From: Candidatus Mcinerneyibacterium aminivorans
GTDB lineage: Bacteria; Macinerneyibacteriota; Macinerneyibacteria; Macinerneyibacteriales; Macinerneyibacteriaceae
Reading direction: 5' to 3'
NCBI GenBank assembly: GCA_008086245.1
Contig: VSIX01000032.1
Coordinates: 25,742 to 89,741, forward strand
DNA length: 64,000 bases
The position numbers and the translations under genes are program-made. Below the pieces are notes generated by a model. It was not told the DNA's origin. It was given only the letters and a program-made list of their open reading frames with translations, and searched no databases. Below are positions 60,191-64,000 of the stretch, one piece after another (positions within the stretch are counted from its first letter, which is position 1; each line of letters opens with the position of its first letter).

Positions 60191-60432
60191 AAATTAGTGT
60201 GCAGATATCCTATTATCCCCTCGGGGAAAAGGAATTTAAAAAAATTATTAACAAATTTATTCAACATCTGAAAGATAAAGATGTTGAAATTAACTTTTCT
60301 ATAATGTCATCTACTATAAGTGGAGATAAAGAAATAGTTCTTAAAATTATTGATGAATTGATAGAATTATATTTTTCCAGATTCAACAGCATACTGGATT
60401 TGAAGTTTTCAAATAGCTGCCCAAAACTTTGA
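60187..60432 (+). CDS. YkoF/thiamine-binding protein family
   Basis: ISVQISYYPL....I..FI..L, MSSTISGD. Confidence 0.7.
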   Translation: MKISVQISYYPLGEKEFKKIINKFIQHLKDKDVEINFSIMSSTISGDKEIVLKIIDELIELYFSRFNSILDLKFSNSCPKL

Positions 60433-61095
60433 GTTTAGGAGTTCTTTGTAGCTATTTACAAGAATGTCTGGCTTGAATTTTTGAAGCTTTTTGAAGGTAT
60501 AGCTTCCACCTGTTATTGCTACTGTGCTTGCATTAATTGATTTTCCTGAAATAATGTCAAGTGGGGTATCTCCTATTACTATAACTCTGCTGAAATTTTG
60601 ACCATAATAACTTTCGGCCCGATTTAAGGCGGTAGTTGCTAGATTATTTCTGGAGATATGTTCATCTCCATAAGCCCCAACAGGGAAATATTTTTTCATG
60701 CTCACCATTTCTAGTTTTATACGGGCACCTTCTTTCATATTTCCTGTAATCAGTCCCGTTTTAGCTTTATTATTCTTTATTCTTCTAAGGACTTCATCTA
60801 CATCGGTAATTAACTTCCATTCATAGTCTGATACTAAATCTATTAGTTTTTTTGCAAAAATAGTTTTAAATTTATGCCAGTAAGTTTCAAAATCATTTTT
60901 CAGCTGGAGATTGTTTTTTTGAATAACCTTTTTGAAGGTTGACAAATCAGTTTTGCCGGCAATGTCAATATTTTTCAGCAAGTTATTTTTTTGGAATGTT
61001 TCATTAAAAGAGTAACTTAAAGCTTTTTTACCTGCATAATTAATTTTTATAATAGTTCCATCTATATCAAACAAAAATAAAATATTCTCCCACAT
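60409..61095 (-). CDS. HAD family hydrolase
   Basis: LFDIDGT, GKTD, TGN, IGDTPLDI. Confidence 0.9.
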   Translation of the reverse strand: MWENILFLFDIDGTIIKINYAGKKALSYSFNETFQKNNLLKNIDIAGKTDLSTFKKVIQKNNLQLKNDFETYWHKFKTIFAKKLIDLVSDYEWKLITDVDEVLRRIKNNKAKTGLITGNMKEGARIKLEMVSMKKYFPVGAYGDEHISRNNLATTALNRAESYYGQNFSRVIVIGDTPLDIISGKSINASTVAITGGSYTFKKLQKFKPDILVNSYKELLNSKFWAAI

Positions 61096-61279
61096 AAATT
61101 TGATTATAGCTAAAATTATGTTGTTGTAAAGATAAGTTATTTAGAAGTTATTTAAGGTATATTGCTGATTAGCTGTTATAATTAGATAAAATAGAATGTA
61201 ATAGTAAAATATTAAAAAAATTTGAATATTAATCTTATTAAGCTAAAATTAATTTTCTTTTACTGAGATAGATAATAAC

Positions 61280-61308
61280 TTGACAAAATCAGCTAAATGT
61301 ATTATAAA
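61280..61308 (+). promoter_or_regulatory. sigma70/sigmaA promoter of the betaine transporter operon
   Basis: TTGACA-17 nt-TATAAA. Confidence 0.6.
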
Positions 61309-61321
61309 TAAAGGTAAGTAA

Positions 61322-62518
61322 ATGAAGAAAGGAGAAACCTTGATAAAAGTTAAAAATCTATATAAATTATTTGGAAAAAACAAGAAAAAAGCATTAAAAC
61401 TTCTTGATGAAGGCTATACAAAAAAAGAAATTCTCGATAAAACCGGAGTAACAATTGGTGTACAGGATGCGAATTTAGATATAAAAGAAGGTGAAATATT
61501 TGTCATTATGGGGCTTTCCGGGAGTGGCAAATCAACCTTGTTGAGATGTATAAATAGATTAATTGAACCCACCAAAGGTGAGGTTTATGTGGATAATACC
61601 GATATCATAAGTATGGATAAGAAAGAGCTCAGGGAGTTCCGTAAAGAGAAATTTGGAATGGTGTTTCAGCATTTTGGTTTGTTTCCTTATAGAAGTGTAA
61701 TGGGGAATGTTGAATTCGGCCTCGAAATTCAAAATGTGGACAAAGAAAGAAGAAAAGAACTTTCAAAAAATGCCATACAACAGGTGGGACTATCGGGATG
61801 GGAAAATAAGATGCCCGCATCTTTAAGTGGAGGAATGAAACAGCGTGTTGGACTTGCAAGAGCACTAGCTGTTGAAGCAGATTATTTGTTAATGGATGAA
61901 CCTTTTAGTGCTCTGGATCCCTTGATAAAAAGAGATATGCAGGATAATCTTATTGAATTACAGGAAAAAATTCAAAAAACTATAATATTTATCACCCATG
62001 ATTTAGATGAAGCACTGAAAGTTGGAGATAGAATAGCAATAATGAAAGATGGTAAAATTGTTCAAACTGGTAATCACGAGCAAATTCTCACAGAAGCAAA
62101 AAATGACTATGTTAAAGAATTTGTTCACGATGTTAATCGCTCTAGAGTATATGATGCTAGAGATATTATGACAAAGCCGGATGATATTTTATATATTCAT
62201 GAAGATGGCCCCAAAACAGCTTTACATAAAATGAAAAATTATAATATTGATTATATGTTTGTTTGTGATAAAAATAAAAAATATCTGGGATATGTAGTTA
62301 TAGAAGATGTTAAGGAAGCTATAGATCAAAAGAAGTCTGTATTAGATGATATTATTAAAAAATCAAGGACTGCTAAAACTAATGAAAATTTAAATAATTT
62401 ATTTTCTAAAATAACCAACAATAGTTATCCACTGCCGGTTGTGGATCATGATAATAAATTTAAGGGATTAATAACTAAAACAAATATAATTACTAATCTT
62501 TCTAGGGATAACGATTAA
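61322..62518 (+). CDS. proV: Glycine betaine/proline ABC transporter ATPase with CBS domains (ProV/OpuAA)
   Basis: MGLSGSGKST, NRLIEPT, LSGGMKQRVGLARAL, MDEPFSALDPLI. Confidence 0.95.
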   Translation: MKKGETLIKVKNLYKLFGKNKKKALKLLDEGYTKKEILDKTGVTIGVQDANLDIKEGEIFVIMGLSGSGKSTLLRCINRLIEPTKGEVYVDNTDIISMDKKELREFRKEKFGMVFQHFGLFPYRSVMGNVEFGLEIQNVDKERRKELSKNAIQQVGLSGWENKMPASLSGGMKQRVGLARALAVEADYLLMDEPFSALDPLIKRDMQDNLIELQEKIQKTIIFITHDLDEALKVGDRIAIMKDGKIVQTGNHEQILTEAKNDYVKEFVHDVNRSRVYDARDIMTKPDDILYIHEDGPKTALHKMKNYNIDYMFVCDKNKKYLGYVVIEDVKEAIDQKKSVLDDIIKKSRTAKTNENLNNLFSKITNNSYPLPVVDHDNKFKGLITKTNIITNLSRDND

Positions 62519-62552
62519 TAAACTATAATGTAAGAATTAAGGAGGGGAACTT

Positions 62553-63509
62553 ATGAGATTGAGAAATATTTTAATTTTTGCACTAATTATAGGAGTTCTG
62601 TCATTAGGTTTAGTAGGATGTTCTCAAAAACCTAAGGCAAAAAAATCTATTAATTTCGGTTATGTTCAATGGCCCGGAGTGACAGTAAAAACTCATCTGG
62701 TGAAGAAGCTTGCAGATTATATGGGATATGATACAAAAATGATAGCTGGTACCCAGCAGGTAGTTATGAAAGGAATGGAAACCAAGGATATTGATGTGTT
62801 TCCAGGAGTATGGCTACCAAGTATGAAAACTAATCTTAAACCCTATCAGGATAAAGGTGTTATTGAGCTTGTAAAACCTAATCTAAAAGATTGTCTTTAT
62901 ATTACAGCTGTAAATAAAGAAGCTTGGGAAGCTGGCGTTAAAACATTTGAAGATTTGAAAAAACACGCAGCAAAATTTGATAAAAAAATCTATGGTATCG
63001 AACCTGGAAATGATGGTAATAAAATTGTTAAAAATAAAATCATACCGGAATATAACCTTAATGGATGGGAACTTGTTCCAAGCAGTACCGGTGGAATGCT
63101 ATCTTCAGTAAAAAGCAGATTACAGAAGGGTAAATGGGTAGCATTTAATGCATGGAAACCACATTATATGAATGTTATGTTTGATATTAAATATTTAGAA
63201 GATCCTAAAAATGTATGGCCTGATGGAGGAAAAAGCACGGTATATACTGCAATCAGAAATGGTTATTCAAAAGAAGATCCTAATTTCTACAAATTTTTAC
63301 AAAATTTTGAATTAAAAGTTGAAACTCAAAATAGACTTATCTATGAATACAAAAAAGGCGGAGAAGATGAAGAAGGCAGGAACCCTGAAGAAGTTGTAGA
63401 AGAATGGATAGCAAATAATCTTGATACAGTGGAAAAATGGGTTAAAGATGTAAAAGCTTTAAACGGCGAAGAGGCTATAAAAGCAATTAGCGAAAATGCA
63501 AAAAAATAA
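62553..63509 (+). CDS. proX: Glycine betaine ABC transporter substrate-binding lipoprotein (ProX/OpuAC)
   Basis: Lipobox LVGC; VQWPG, WLPS, IYGIEPG, WKPH.M. Confidence 0.9.
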   Translation: MRLRNILIFALIIGVLSLGLVGCSQKPKAKKSINFGYVQWPGVTVKTHLVKKLADYMGYDTKMIAGTQQVVMKGMETKDIDVFPGVWLPSMKTNLKPYQDKGVIELVKPNLKDCLYITAVNKEAWEAGVKTFEDLKKHAAKFDKKIYGIEPGNDGNKIVKNKIIPEYNLNGWELVPSSTGGMLSSVKSRLQKGKWVAFNAWKPHYMNVMFDIKYLEDPKNVWPDGGKSTVYTAIRNGYSKEDPNFYKFLQNFELKVETQNRLIYEYKKGGEDEEGRNPEEVVEEWIANNLDTVEKWVKDVKALNGEEAIKAISENAKK

Positions 63510-63544
63510 TTGAATTGTTTTATTTGATATAAAATTAGTTATTA

Positions 63545-63582
63545 ATACCGGTACCAGCAAATTTTGGTACCGGTATATTTTA
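63545..63582 (+). terminator. Intra-operon hairpin after the substrate-binding protein gene (terminator or mRNA stabiliser)
   Basis: ATACCGGTACCA-8 nt-TGGTACCGGTAT followed by ATTTT. Confidence 0.6.
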
Positions 63583-63610
63583 ATAAATAAGAAGATTAAG
63601 GAGGAATTTG

Positions 63611-64000
63611 ATGACTTTAAGTTTTATTTCTATGATGCCAGTAGAAAAAATTCCACTGGGTGATTGGATAGAGTCTTTTGTAAATTTTTTGGTAAATAAT
63701 TTTAGTGGTCCATTTAATGCATTTTCAAATTTAATAAGTACTTTAATAAGCGGGTTTGAATCGGGTCTATCTTTTCTTCCACCGATTGTTTTAATTCTTA
63801 TATTTGCAGTTATTGCTTATAAAAGAAAAGGGTGGGGGTTATCAATTTTTGTAATAATAGGATTTGGCTTATTATGGAATCTACAGCTTTGGCCTGAATT
63901 ATTGACAACTCTTTCTTCTATTATCACTTCAGTACTTGTTGCTCTGATTATCGGTATTCCCATTGGAATTATTAAAGCACATAGTAAAATTGTGCATCAT
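63611..64000 (+). CDS. proW: Glycine betaine ABC transporter permease (ProW/OpuAB), truncated by the window end
   Basis: GAGGA RBS; KIPLGDWIESFVNFL...LW...TTL....S...AL.IGIP.GI. Confidence 0.88.
   Translation, partial: MTLSFISMMPVEKIPLGDWIESFVNFLVNNFSGPFNAFSNLISTLISGFESGLSFLPPIVLILIFAVIAYKRKGWGLSIFVIIGFGLLWNLQLWPELLTTLSSIITSVLVALIIGIPIGIIKAHSKIVHH

Noticed and set aside
7201-61865. The many short minus-strand and alternate-frame ORFs in the track (e.g. 20578-21006, 37292-37597, 56529-56966)
   Set aside because: They lie within or largely overlap well-supported + strand genes and have no motifs; these are shadow ORFs.

Overview
AT-rich bacterial chromosomal segment (roughly 28-30% GC by eye). 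All well-supported genes but one (a HAD hydrolase) lie on the + strand. The content suggests an anaerobic, amino-acid/peptide-fermenting, osmotolerant organism that is probably diderm: iorAB, a C1B aminopeptidase, a glycine-betaine ABC importer, Lgt, and BamB-like and PorV-like proteins. Layout: (i) 1-7190, a still more AT-rich island encoding an REase-STAND NTPase fusion, a large membrane protein and a KAP NTPase, probably anti-phage; (ii) about 7.2-36 kb, accessory genes (methyltransferases, GNATs, AadK-like, hydrolases, PhnD plus hybrid kinase, ABC exporter, two interrupted genes); (iii) about 36-64 kb, mostly housekeeping (tRNA-Arg(CCT), iorAB, lepA, hemW, lgt, purE, rlmN, coaBC, murA, aroH/DAHPS, thiN, betaine ABC transporter). 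The standout feature is at 14594-15727. A lone 96-aa GIY-YIG nuclease gene is embedded in about 18 copies of a 26-nt GTC-tagged hairpin repeat. The copies mostly alternate in orientation, their stems show compensatory base changes, and the gene occupies the spacer position of one inverted pair. The architecture is REP/REPIN/RAYT-like, but with a GIY-YIG enzyme in place of an HUH transposase.
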